This document shows, piece by piece, positions 13,211 through 25,829 of a DNA stretch of 64,000 bases (position 1 is the first letter of the stretch; the number at the start of each line of letters is the position of its first letter). The DNA comes from Octopus vulgaris (lineage: Eukaryota). The position numbers and the translations under genes are program-made. Where the stretch lies: positions 32,426,001-32,490,000 of the forward strand of contig OX597831.1 in NCBI GenBank assembly GCA_951406725.2, given 5' to 3'. The notes under the pieces are model-generated. The model saw nothing but the letters and a program-made list of their open reading frames with translations, was not told the origin of the DNA and searched no databases.

Positions 13211-14348
13211 ATATATGAGTGTGTGTATGCATGTTTTGTAAGACGCTTGCTTTCCAACAACATGGTTCCGGGTTCAGTCCCTCTGCGTAGAAGTGATGAC
13301 ATTACCAGGGGTGGACCCAAGGGGGTGCGCTGCGGGGCACGTTACCCTTCAAGAAAAAAGTGCACCCTTCTAAATAATGTTATTACGCCCTCTTCTCCTG
13401 GAATTGTATTCCCTTCTGACCTAGTGCCCTCCCTTCGAAATATTTCTGGGACTGCGCCTGGCATTACGTTTATTCCTTAATTTCGATCTTTTCAACAATA
13501 CATGGTTCAGTCATATCATGAATATAAACGATTGTGTAATATTTTAACATGTTACATGTGATCCATGTTCATTACGTAATCATTTATAATCACGATATAT
13601 CTAAGCCATAAGTTGTTGAAACGATCGTAATGAAGAACGAATGTAATACCGATCATCTCCCTTCTTAAACTGTTATACTAATAAATTTATCTTATACGGT
13701 TATACTAATAAATTTATCTTGAAATTTCTGTTTTTCTTTTACTTGTTTCAGTCATTAGACTGCGGCCATGCTGGGGCTCCTCCTTGAATTTTTAGTCGAA
13801 TGAATCGGCCCCAGTACTTATTTTTTAAGCCTGGTACTTATTCTATCGGTCTCTTTTACCGAACCGCTAAGTTACAGGGACGTAAATACACTAACACCGG
13901 TTGTCAAGCGGTGATGGAGGGACAAACACAGACACAAACACACATACACAAAGATATCCACTATATATGTGGAAAATCGGTAGGTGTTTTGTTTGTGGCG
14001 TTGTTAGCTAACTCCTCCTACACCGTTTTATCGATTTTGATGAAACTTGACACGTGAGTAGAACTCATGTCTGAAAATCTCGTGACATACTTCGATTGTT
14101 GAAAAAGTCGATAATACGGCCCCTAGAAGGGATCTTTATCTACTTCATATAACTAATTTTTTAAACACCCGAGGGAAATAACCCAAAGCATCTGTACAAT
14201 ATTTTTAAACACTCAAGAGAAATAACCCATAGCACCTGCATTCACAGTTATTAGTTTTTGAGGTGTTTCAGTCGAACATCTTTACCCCCGGGAATTACCG
14301 GGTACACCAGCTAGTATATACATACATACAAACATACATACATACATT

Positions 14349-14895
<547 letters not shown>

Positions 14896-15149
14896 CACAT
14901 ATACATACACATATACATACACATATACAACAGCTTTCTTTCATTTCCGTCTATCAAATCCACTCACAAGGCTTTGGTCGGCCCGAGGCTATAGTAGAAG
15001 ACACTTGGCCAAGGTGCCACGCAGTGGGACTGAATCTGGAAACCATGTGGTTAGGAAGCAAGCTTCCTACCACACAGCTGACCGAGGAAACCATTCGGAT
15101 TTATAATTCCCCTTTAATCACACACACACATTTATTCGAGATGAAGAGG

Positions 15150-16150
15150 AAAACAAAACTAAGCCAGGACAAGCTTATCAGATCATATAAAACGTCACAT
15201 TCTAAACCTTAGAAAAGTCTTGCATTGTTTTACTGTTCCGCTTACAGATTCTGTTTGTTATGTGCAAGTCAGTTGGTTGATTTCTTTTTCTGATAATCCA
15301 AGCTTATCCAGGCCGGCAGTTAGGCATTTATTCACAAAACCAAGTGCGCCAGTTATTATTGGTATAAATATAAGTTTATAGAACGTCGTGGTCACCATTA
15401 TAGATAGTGGTTCGTGATGCATGTAGTGTAACCATCTGTAACGACTCATATCAGAAGGCTGAAATAACACATATAAGAGAGACACAACCGAGTAGATGGT
15501 TTGGAGAACGTTTATTCATATATTTACATGCATCTGTGTGGGTTGTATGTTTGCTGTTAACCATGGTGAAGTAATTCACGAACAGCGCTATGTTAGAACC
15601 TGTGCAGTGTTGCTGGTGCTGTGTACGTAGAGATGTTGCTGACAACATTGGTGAGAGACATGATGGTGTCGACGAAGATGGAGGCCACTGTTATGCTGTT
15701 GGACGGGTGTTGTCTGGCGTTGTCGCTGGAACTGGCTGTGTCGTGTGGTCGGTTGGCTAGATCTTAGAAGGTCTGGAACCAAAGACATTGAGACTATGAG
15801 AAGTTGAGTTTTTATAAGTAACAGTAGGCTCAAAATTGGATTTTAGAACAGACTGTCTCACGTGATCTTATTTAGGGACTTCGATTGGTTAGGTTGCATA
15901 TTGGCGCGATAGAGTAAGAGACAAATTGTGCCAATACTAACCAATCAGAGTGGTGGACACAACGTGGTCCAAACAGCTACCAAAGGTTAGCTGTTATCTG
16001 CTACGTTCGAAAGTATGTATATATAATAAGGGAGAGAGGAAGTTCACCAGAGTGTGCGCTACAAGTTTATAATCTTGATACAGAAGCTGGAGGTTTAAGA
16101 GAAATAACCCAAAATGACTCGTGGCATGATTTTGACAGCAAAGATGAATA
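15150..16150 (-). mobile_element. 3' fragment of a restriction-like-endonuclease non-LTR element, split by a solo LTR
   Basis: Removing 15377-16063 plus one TSD joins LNLQLLYQDYK to LIFIPIITGALGFVNKCL...KTFLRF. Confidence 0.65.
15377..16063 (-). mobile_element. solo LTR, Gypsy-like
   Basis: Minus-strand ends TGTAG...CTATA with a 4-bp AGTT direct repeat (15373-15376, 16064-16067). CCAAT boxes, TATAAAA (~15810) and AATAAA (~15512) occur in LTR order. Confidence 0.6.
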
Positions 16151-17173
16151 AAGGTATATTGGTGGTACTTTAGTGTACGGTTTCCGGCAGTATACGTAGT
16201 CTGTGCTGAAAAATGACCTGGTCTGGATTACGGTTAGTTTAGGGGTTAGGGTTGGGGTTAGGTTTAGGGTTAGACTGCTCACTAAAGTGTGAACGACCAG
16301 GTAGACTGCACGTTAAAGTTGAACACTTCATTTCACGCCTTGCTCCAGGCTACTCAGCGAAAACTTGGCACCAATTAATAATGGTACGACCATTCCCCAC
16401 CGTGTTCTCCTCAGCTGGTCACATTCTTGATGTTTCGTTGGGTTAAGGTGTGAGAGGGCCGAGGGGCTACATATATCTGCTCGTGACTACATAGGCACTT
16501 AAAAAGAATTATCGATAGCATGGTACATGGTACCAAGTCATTACTCACTTGTGAGTGACAGCTGTGGTCTTTTAGATGGAGACAGAAGTGCAGAGCTCGT
16601 CGCTCTTCTTGGGGCCTCCGTCACTGATGGGAGGATGTGATGTAATTGCCTCCAGCCTGGAGATCTACTACTAAAGCTTGCAATGTAGTGGACTCCGCGA
16701 GAGGCAACTATGATGTCAGGTGGTGGTGTGTTAAGCTGGGGATGATTGAAGTCACACACCTACAGGAACCAGGCGTTTCCTAGCAGTTTCCAAATTTAAC
16801 TGGTGAGACTTTTAGTCGACCCGAAGTTATGAGGAAATGCTCTAGTTCAAAAACACCACTCATTCGAACTGAACTCGAAACAGCGTGTTTGTGAAGAATT
16901 TTTCGTCGCCACGTAGCTGTGAATGGGTGCATAATGAGCATATCTGAATGGGCTATTTTTTAAAGTCGTTTTTCCCTATAACGGGACTTTTCTTGACACA
17001 CGGTTTTACATCAGTACACACGCGCGCGCACACACACACGGAGTTTCATTCTTTTTTTATGGTTTCAGCCATTAGATGCATCTATATTGGGTCAAGTGTT
17101 TAATTGATTAAAGTCGCCCCCACCAGTACTTTATCGTTCCTCTGAGATAGGGGCATTTACCCCCCCCCCCCAT

Positions 17174-17214
<41 letters not shown>

Positions 17215-17217
<3 letters not shown>

Positions 17218-17850
17218 AATGGAGTTAAACGCAGATGTTATTTAAATTCTTTTCCTTCCGACACATGTTTCGAAGATATCACTGGTATTATTCCAAAGCC
17301 AAGGAATTCTGACTGCTCTGTAATTCTGAACTATTTTTTTATTCTTTTTTTCTAAAAATCCCCTTGTAAACATGGTTATAGAGCGTGCATACCGATGTAA
17401 ACATTAGCAGAAACACACCTTTAGTTCATATGAGTGATATCTTTCATTATATATAATTTAAACATTAATTTTCTTCTTACATTTCACATTCACTAGATAT
17501 ATCTTTTTCCAAGTCTATATGGTTTTATATAATATACATATAGTTATATACTTCTGATTTATTTAGTTTTTCTTTCCTTTATCCCTCCTCTTTCTATAGG
17601 CTACCTTTGATGTTATATCCTCTAACGTTTTTTTTTAAAAAAAACTTAATAGCGTTCAGTTAATCACTATACATATCCATAATTTTCAGTTAAAATGTCT
17701 TATTGATGAGTTTCATTTCTTCACTTCCCTGAAGAGAAGATTACATTGTTTTACATCATTTTATTCCTTTGGAATAATACCAATGATATCTTCGAAACAT
17801 GTGTCGGAAGTAAAAGAATTTGAATAACACCTGCGTTTAACTCTATTTAT
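17215..17850. mobile_element. (TA)-flanked element with ~80-bp inverted ends carrying a hammerhead
   Basis: 17215-17298 is an inverted copy of 17768-17850. Confidence 0.65.
17723..17811 (+). ncRNA. type I hammerhead ribozyme with long stem-II loop
   Basis: acttcc CTGAAGA gaagat...atcttc GAAA catgtg TC ggaagt: canonical core, GUC site. Confidence 0.75.
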
Positions 17851-18026
17851 TTATTTATATATATTATACAAAATATTTCACGTCAACCCAAAGGTTTTAC
17901 ATTTAAAAACAAGGAGTTACAACATTTTTACTGGTGTGGTTTTTGGTACCCGGGTAACTATTTATCTATTTTTTCCGTGTTAATTGTTAACACGGAAAAA
18001 ATACACACAAACACACACACATATAT

Positions 18027-18127
18027 AGGCAGAAGTAAATAAGTACACCACTGGTTTTCGGCGTAACAAAAACTCTAACCCTAATCCTAACTCTAACCAC
18101 CGGGTGTACGTATTCTTTACCTTCGCC

Positions 18128-18128
<1 letters not shown>
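18027..18128. mobile_element. small TA-flanked MITE-like element with CCCTAA-like repeats
   Basis: Imperfect TIRs aggcagaagtaaataagtacacc / ggtgtacgtattctttaccttcgcct. Confidence 0.4.
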
Positions 18129-18158
<30 letters not shown>

Positions 18159-18159
18159 T

Positions 18160-18350
18160 CCTCTGTCTTCCCTTCTCGGGATCTTTCCTTCTCCTATGTT
18201 TCCGACGAAGAGCTCCGCTCGAAACGTTAAACCCTCCTTCTAGTTCAAAAACATCACCCTTCTTTCCTGAGCGTCCAATAATACTTTATTTGTTCCACAT
18301 CCTCGCGTTGTTGTGGTTTTTTTGGGGTTTTTTTCTTGTTTGGATTAACT
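18160..18350 (+). mobile_element. ~200-bp hammerhead mini-element, copy 2
   Basis: HHR at 18198-18232 reads gttt CCGACGA a gagc-tcc-gctc GAAA cg TT aaac. TA repeats on both sides. Confidence 0.8.
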
Positions 18351-19994
18351 TTATATATATATATATATATATATACATATATAACGAAGTTTCAGGTTTC
18401 ATTTATTGAAAGTGTAGCAAAGCTAACAGCGGTGCTTCAGCATGTCCGCAGCCTCTCGAACTGAAACTAATAAACGAAAAAATAAAAGAAATACGTGTGT
18501 CTATGTGTCAGGCAGTAAAATTGGACTTGGGACACAAGTGGTTACGAAACGAACTTGTTAACTGCAGGACTGTACCTTAGTCTTTCTATTTTCGTTTCTG
18601 TCTATACGCACATGTGATGCAAATAAGGTCTGTGTGTGCCTATATATACACATGTGTGTGTGTGTGTGTGTGTATACATATATCAAATAATGGCTTGCAT
18701 ACATTGATATCTTTGTTCAAGTGTTTTGTATTTATCTAATCATGTGTGTAGATGGTCGCGGAATATTTGTACCCAGCTGTTGATGGGTTTACAAAGTATT
18801 TTCTATGATTCATGACAAATTTCGTTTTCTGCAGATTTTGTTGAGTCACAACACGCATACCGAGGAAACATTCTTGCAACATGAGCAAGTAACACCTTTT
18901 GACAATCGAAGCGATCGATCGATCAGTCACCTAGAAACAGCAGCAAGTTCCCCCTCAAATCACACCCCATACTACTTTAACTCTTTACCTGTCCAAAGCA
19001 CTTTTATGTGTTTGTCCTAAAAGTTTTTGATTGTTTTCAGACTTCTAGTTGGCTCTTGTTTCTTGCGTTTTGAATTACATAAAGCTTCCTTTCATAACTT
19101 TAGTTGTTGAAAAAATTGGGAATGCGTTTCATATTTGATGCATGGCTTCCAGAGAAATATGTCCTGTATATCACAAGAGCGTTATTTTTTTTTTAATAGA
19201 AGCACATCGTTGTCGTTTAACGTCCGCTTTCCATTCTGGCATGGGTTGGACGGTTTGCTTGAGGACTGGCAAGCCGGGAGGCTGAACCAGACACCAGTCT
19301 CCTCTGGCAAGGTTTCTACAGCTGGATACCCTTCTTAATGCCAACCACTCCGAGAGTGTAGTGGGTTCTTTTTACAAATTGGATTTGAACTCAGAAGGTA
19401 AAAAGCGGGAACAACTACCGCCAAGCATATTTTTCCAACGCGAACGACTGCTAAAATTAAGGGGAAAATTAACAAGAGTTGTTGTGTTGGACTAAATACC
19501 TGGTAATATTCAGCGACGATCTTGACGATCTGAGTTTTAATTCCACCAAGGTCGACTTTGCCTTTCATCTTTTCGGGGTCGATGAAATATGCACCAATTG
19601 GATACTGGGGTCGACGTAATCGACCTAATTCTTCCTGACCTTAACAATATTCAGGTTCTATGCGCTCCGAGTTAAAATCCCGACTATGTCAACTTTGCCT
19701 TGTCTCTTTTCGGGATCAGTAGGTTGGCGGGACTGTTAGAACGAAAGACAAAATGCTTTCTGATGTTGATAACTACCTCTTGTGTTTTGATTCTTAAATA
19801 AATATTATTTCCCGAAATATCTTCATTTCCTCATTGCATTTATAATTCAAATTTTCATTAATTAAAATTTCGGAATTCTAATCTCTCTGCCTGTTAACCA
19901 TCTAAAATTAACTCTCCACCTTCTAATTCACTATGTACCTACTTCCTTCAAACTATTTACTTATGTACCTACATATCAACCGACCGACCAACAC

Positions 19995-20083
<89 letters not shown>

Positions 20084-20761
20084 CCTATCTATCTATCTAT
20101 CTATCTATCTACTTAACGGCTTACCTACATACCTACCAATATATCTATCCAAATTTATATATGAGTTGACTTCGTTCTTTTGTTGGCATTGTTGTATCAG
20201 CTGTTACTTGTAAGATGTGACTCAGTCCAGAAGATATCCATAAATCTTTAGAAAATAACTTCCTCTCGCCGTAGACTCACGTAAGGCCCTCTGGCACCAC
20301 CACCGCTGATGTCAATCCCGCCGCCGCCGCCATCACTCATAACACCGCCTCCACCCTATCGCCATCGCCACCCCACCCACCCCCACTGCTGCTGTCTACC
20401 TCTGCCCGCCACCACTTTTGTTTCGTGTCTCCCACCTTCAATTGTGTTTATTAATGTGTATATAAAAAAAAGATAGACGGGGTGTAGGAAGAGGGGAGAA
20501 AGAGAGGGAAGGGGGAGTTGATAGATGTTCACGTGGACAAACTGAAACAAATTGTTGAATGGTTATGCCTGTTGACTCATTTAACTTATTTACTTACCTT
20601 TCTTAAACATTATACATAACATACATTGTGTGTGTGTGTGTGACATACACACATTAACAAGTGCAAGTTTATCTGTGACTTCGAAGTTTCCGTTTACAAG
20701 CTGCTTTCAGTCTGACGACTGCGAGCAAACGGAAACTTCCAAGTCAGAGATAAACTTTTCC

Positions 20762-21765
20762 GGATCTTTTCGGTTTGTCTCACACACTCTTCAATTCCTT
20801 TAATTTTCTTTCAATTGATTTCGAATTCGGCGTACCGGTGTGGTAATTTTGTGGATGAAATCCATTTTGCCAAGAATTAATAAATAAAAAGTTAATAGCT
20901 TTTAAAGTTCGCAAATGTGGGGTAATTTTAGCCAATCGAAAGCCACAGACATATTGGTGTCTGTTTCCATAGTAACAAGCCAAGGTATAGTCTGCTTCAC
21001 CTGTTTTTATTTTTACCTTTTGCTTTGAGAATCGAATATTTTCGGTTGCTGTCCTGTCGCCTCATTTTCATAATATTTGAGCTGTGTGCATTCCTGGACC
21101 TTTTCAACCTAAATAGAAGTATAACCGCAGCTAATTCGTTTATAACCTTTCGAATATAATGGAGAAACTGAAAACCGAGGGGAACTCGCCGGCGTTGAGT
21201 TTATTAACTCGAAAGAATGGTACCCATACGCAACAGGTGGAAAGCACATGGACCTCTGTAAAAACGAGGGAATAAACAATGTTATGGAATCCACTGTTCT
21301 ATGGTTGCCTCATATATCTGCGAGTTTATGCCATGCAGAAGATACGAAAATTGTAATTTGTATGATAAACTCCCAGAGTGTATCGCAAACTTTCATTTTT
21401 GAATATTCGCTACAAAAAGTGTATTATTTTTCGCAAAAAATAAAACAAATTTGAGGATTTTTCATTTTTCTTTATTTTGTTTACATGCCTGTCCCAGCAT
21501 TTCACATGGCTTTATTTATTAAAACTTCCATCGTTGAATGTTTTGTCGTCGTAATGTCGTCATCACGCGCAAAATGACAGCCTCCAAATCCTGTTTTCTG
21601 ATTGGATAAAAAAAGAAATCAAACTTTAAAATTCTGTAACATTTTTCTGAAACAAGTGAATAACAACATCAGATTCAGCATGAAAAATTACATCAGTGTT
21701 CCAAATCTGAAAATATTCACTTAATGTTAAAATTTCAAAAAGTGTGTGTTAAACAGAAAAGAGCC
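20762..21765. mobile_element. GGATC-ended non-autonomous DNA transposon (Merlin-like)
   Basis: TIRs ggatcttttcggtttgtctcacacact / agtgtgtgttaaacagaaaagagcc. Flanks acttttcc / actttttcc. Confidence 0.65.
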
Positions 21766-22853
21766 ACTTTTTCCTTTTAAAAATTAATATTTGTGATGCT
21801 CTAGTAAAATGTATCAAGTATCTTTTATTGCCTGCCTGCTTGTCTATCTTCCACGCAGTTTTTTATTGCCTGCCTGCTTGTCTATCTTCCACGCAGTTTC
21901 CGTCAACCAAATTCACTCACAAGCAATTGGCCGGACCGGGGCAATACTTGGCTTTGTCTTTCGTTCTTTCGGGGGTCAAGTTTTAAAATTAAGCCGCCCT
22001 CTCATTCCCTATCTTCCCCTTCCTCTGCACATGACAAGCAACTATCTTACATACAGGATGTCCTGTTTTGATTCTAGTACAAGGGACATAATTCTCATGT
22101 ATTAAATATTATTTTCTTGGCTTTCATTTGGGTGATTTCTTCCATGAATTTCGTTTCGCTTTTTTACAACTCAAAGAACTTTTCAAACCTCCAATGGCAA
22201 AGAGCTTTCAGACCTCCAACGGCAAAGAGCAAACGTCCTACTATTCCTTTCAGCCATTTCTAATGATTGATGAAGCTGGTTCTCCATCTCTGGTATGAAA
22301 CCATTTGGTAATTTAGCTATCACGAGACTATTAATAAATAATTATAACAGTCTCACTCTATTAATATATGGCAGTTAGTTTTTTTACTCAAGGCTTTTTA
22401 GACAAACAAGCGAAAGAAAGTGGCACTCAACACATATAGTAGGAGTGCATATAACAGTTTGTCGGTTTGAGTTACGGGAGCGCAGGACGAACCCATCTCG
22501 TCAGGTATGTGGATACTTGACGAGATGGATTTATCCTACAAGCCCACAAATCGTTTGAAGCGGAGTCAAACTTATTAAATATTATATGTTTGTGTCGACA
22601 GATAGATAGATAGATTTGTGTGATTACTTGTCTTGACATCGTTTGATGATTGTAAACAAGCACCACCTCATTATAAACGATAAACGAAACCTATCTGGAC
22701 ATGGGGAATCTTCCTTTGCCTGGAAACAGGTGAGGGTTGGCGACAGGAAGGACATCTAGCCACAGAAAATCTTCTTCAAAAAATTCAATCTGACCGATAC
22801 AAGAATAGAAAAGTGGACATTAAATTATGATCACACACATGCACGCGCGCGCG

Positions 22854-22912
<59 letters not shown>

Positions 22913-23189
22913 GGACTGAAGAGTCCCTTAAATGTTAGTAATACTAAGATTCCCACAAGAAAATAATCTCTAATTTGAAATTATACTCCCATCTGCCAGA
23001 AATCCATTGATTAACGAAGTGGGCTATTGCTACATTCACCAATAATCTCACTTCTCAAATCCAGCGAGACACAGTTCACTTCTCTTAGCCATCATCACCC
23101 GTTTCTGCATAATGGTGACTGGATATCGACATCATAAAATGAAACCTGTGTGTAAGCTGTTGTTGTTGCTTTGTGCCAGATCGAGCGGT

Positions 23190-23470
23190 ATTCTTTTATT
23201 TGTATCAGTTATTTGACTGCGGCCATGCTGGAGCACCGCCTTTAGTCGAACAAATCGACCCCAGGACTTATTCTTTGTAAGCCTAGTACTTATTCTATCG
23301 GTTTTCTTATACGGGGACGTAAACATACCAGCATCGGTTGTCAAGCAATGTTGGACACTCATACATACACACACACACGCACACGACGGGCTTCTTTCAG
23401 TTTCTGTCTACCAAATCCACTCACAAGGCTTTGGTCAGCACAAGACTACAGTAGAAGACACTCGCCTAAG
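23190..23470 (-). mobile_element. SINE family A
   Basis: Matches other copies, with CpGs retained. Confidence 0.8.
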
Positions 23471-25829
23471 GTAGCCGGTGAGGTCTATTAATATCGGAAC
23501 TCGGAACACGTCTGGAGTTGTCATTGTACTTACCAACGGTTGAACTCATTGACATTTCTTGGTTCAATTTTTTCAATCAATTTAAATTTCATAGTTGTCT
23601 CCCTCCTATTATTTGATCAGAATTAATCATTGATAGAGTTAATAATGTTTTCATTTCCCCGCAGCGGATATAATTTTAATTAAGATAGTTCGGTTTATTA
23701 CATTAAACACAATCTCATCGACCTTACCAGGAGTAACTTGCTTAGTTGCATTATTTTGGTGAATACTTCAACAAATAAATAAATCTCTGAATATATAACA
23801 TAACTTCTTGACTGGTAATTTGGTTCAATGACACAGGAGTGATAAAATTCAAAGTATATCTTGGTGGGATTTGAACATTGAACGTAAAGGATCTAAATAC
23901 CACAGGCATTTTATACAACCTTTTTAACAAGTCTACGAACCCTTCGTTTCAAGCATTATGGTATTCTGGAGCAGAAAATGTTTCTATTTTTAGATTGATT
24001 TTCAACAACGATGCCATGTTATTGCCCAATAAAGATTATTCAAGGAAAATATATTTAAGAATAGCCACAGATTTCTGTCAGTTAATTTGCAGACGAACGA
24101 AATGGAAAATGAAAGAAAAGCGTTTCAAACGAGAAAAAAAAATGCCGGTAACTCATATATCTTGTTAATACTGAATTGTTTCCCTTCACCTTTTCGTTTG
24201 ACGTATTATTTCAGGCTCCTCTTGTGGTATATTGACGTTTGATCGTTCGACAAATAACAAAAAGAACATAAATTTGACATAGGTCAATTTTAAAATAACC
24301 TCAATAAATTCGTTTTCTTTTGAAAATACATTAATAAGAAAAATAGGAAAACAATTTTCAATGTCTTTTCTGAAAGCTAATTTTAAAAAATAATCGCTTT
24401 TATTAATACAGCCACAACATGAAACTACACGGAACTAAAATGATATAAAGTAATAAAAAAAATAAGCATGATTGTGACTGAAATGTTTAAACTTCTTTCT
24501 TCTTGCATCATTCTAATAAACTGAGTTTGCGTTCATTCTTTGCAATAAAGTCAAGTTTCGTTAAACGCTATATTAAAAGTAATTGAAACGTACTGGAATG
24601 ATGAAGGATAAAGCATAAATACGTCAAGATATTTTCTGTTTTTCCTTTTTTTTTTTTGTGATGGCGAAAAATTCGAAGAGTTCCCATAAAGGGACAGCTA
24701 AAATGGCAATTTGTTAATATGATTTGAAGTTCGTTTAAGACTTAAAAAGGAATAAATACATAAATAGATCGTTTGTAAAAAGTATTTTCTCAAATAAATA
24801 GATCGCTTGTAATGATTCTTGAAACTGAGGATTAATTCTACATTTTCGTCGAATTATGTAAAGACATCAAAGATCAAGGAGTCCAACTTCTACAATAGAT
24901 CACCAGAGTGGAATATCATTGAGGTTATTGTTGTTTAATCAAAAATCAGTTCTGATCAAAGGACTCCAGGTAGCCGGCCCTTTTCTTGATATAGTGCATC
25001 TTTGATTGCTTTACCAAGGACGGTAGGCTGACATTTGAGTAAATCCGGCAACTTGATTTGAGAGAATTTGGGAGCTTGATGTCAATAACCCTAACCCTAT
25101 CGGGCGGCTTTTAAAGGGCTCTTCATTAGGCCGTGGGCCCAATAATGACACTTCATGCATTGACTACATATTAAATTTTATTGTACTTGATCAACATTTT
25201 TCAAGCAATAAATAATTTTCAGCAAAGCAATGATATAATTTGTCGACTTTGAACTTATTGCAAAGCTGCATGATAAACACATTTTGTCTTCCCATTTAGG
25301 ACTCAGTACATTTTTTTTTTCTGTCTAACCGCTTTGTTTGTTTGTTTGTTTGTTTTTTGTTTCTTTCTTTATTTCTTTCTTTCTTTCTCTCTCTCTCTCT
25401 TTCCGTTTATTGTTTTCGACCATCACCAGTACCACCACCATCGCCACCACAACTGCCATACACATAACATTCAAACTTCTGACGCCACCACCATCAATAC
25501 CTTTGAATTCGTCGCCTTTCCCTCCACCACCATCACTACTGTCTTTCACATCACTTACTTTCGCCATTGTCCCTGAATTCTTTAGCTACTACCACCACCA
25601 CAAATATCACCGTCACCTCCACCTTTATTACAACTCCAGCTCATACTATTACTATCATCCCATTACCATCACAACCTTCAATCTACTACTGTCTCTTTGC
25701 TTACTATTACTCTCACCCCAACATGAGCAATAGTAGGAGTGTCAATGAATAGTGAGAGAGGGGTCGAAGTGTGACACAGCGACACTCAGAAATTAGTTTT
25801 CGCATATATATATATATATATATATATAC

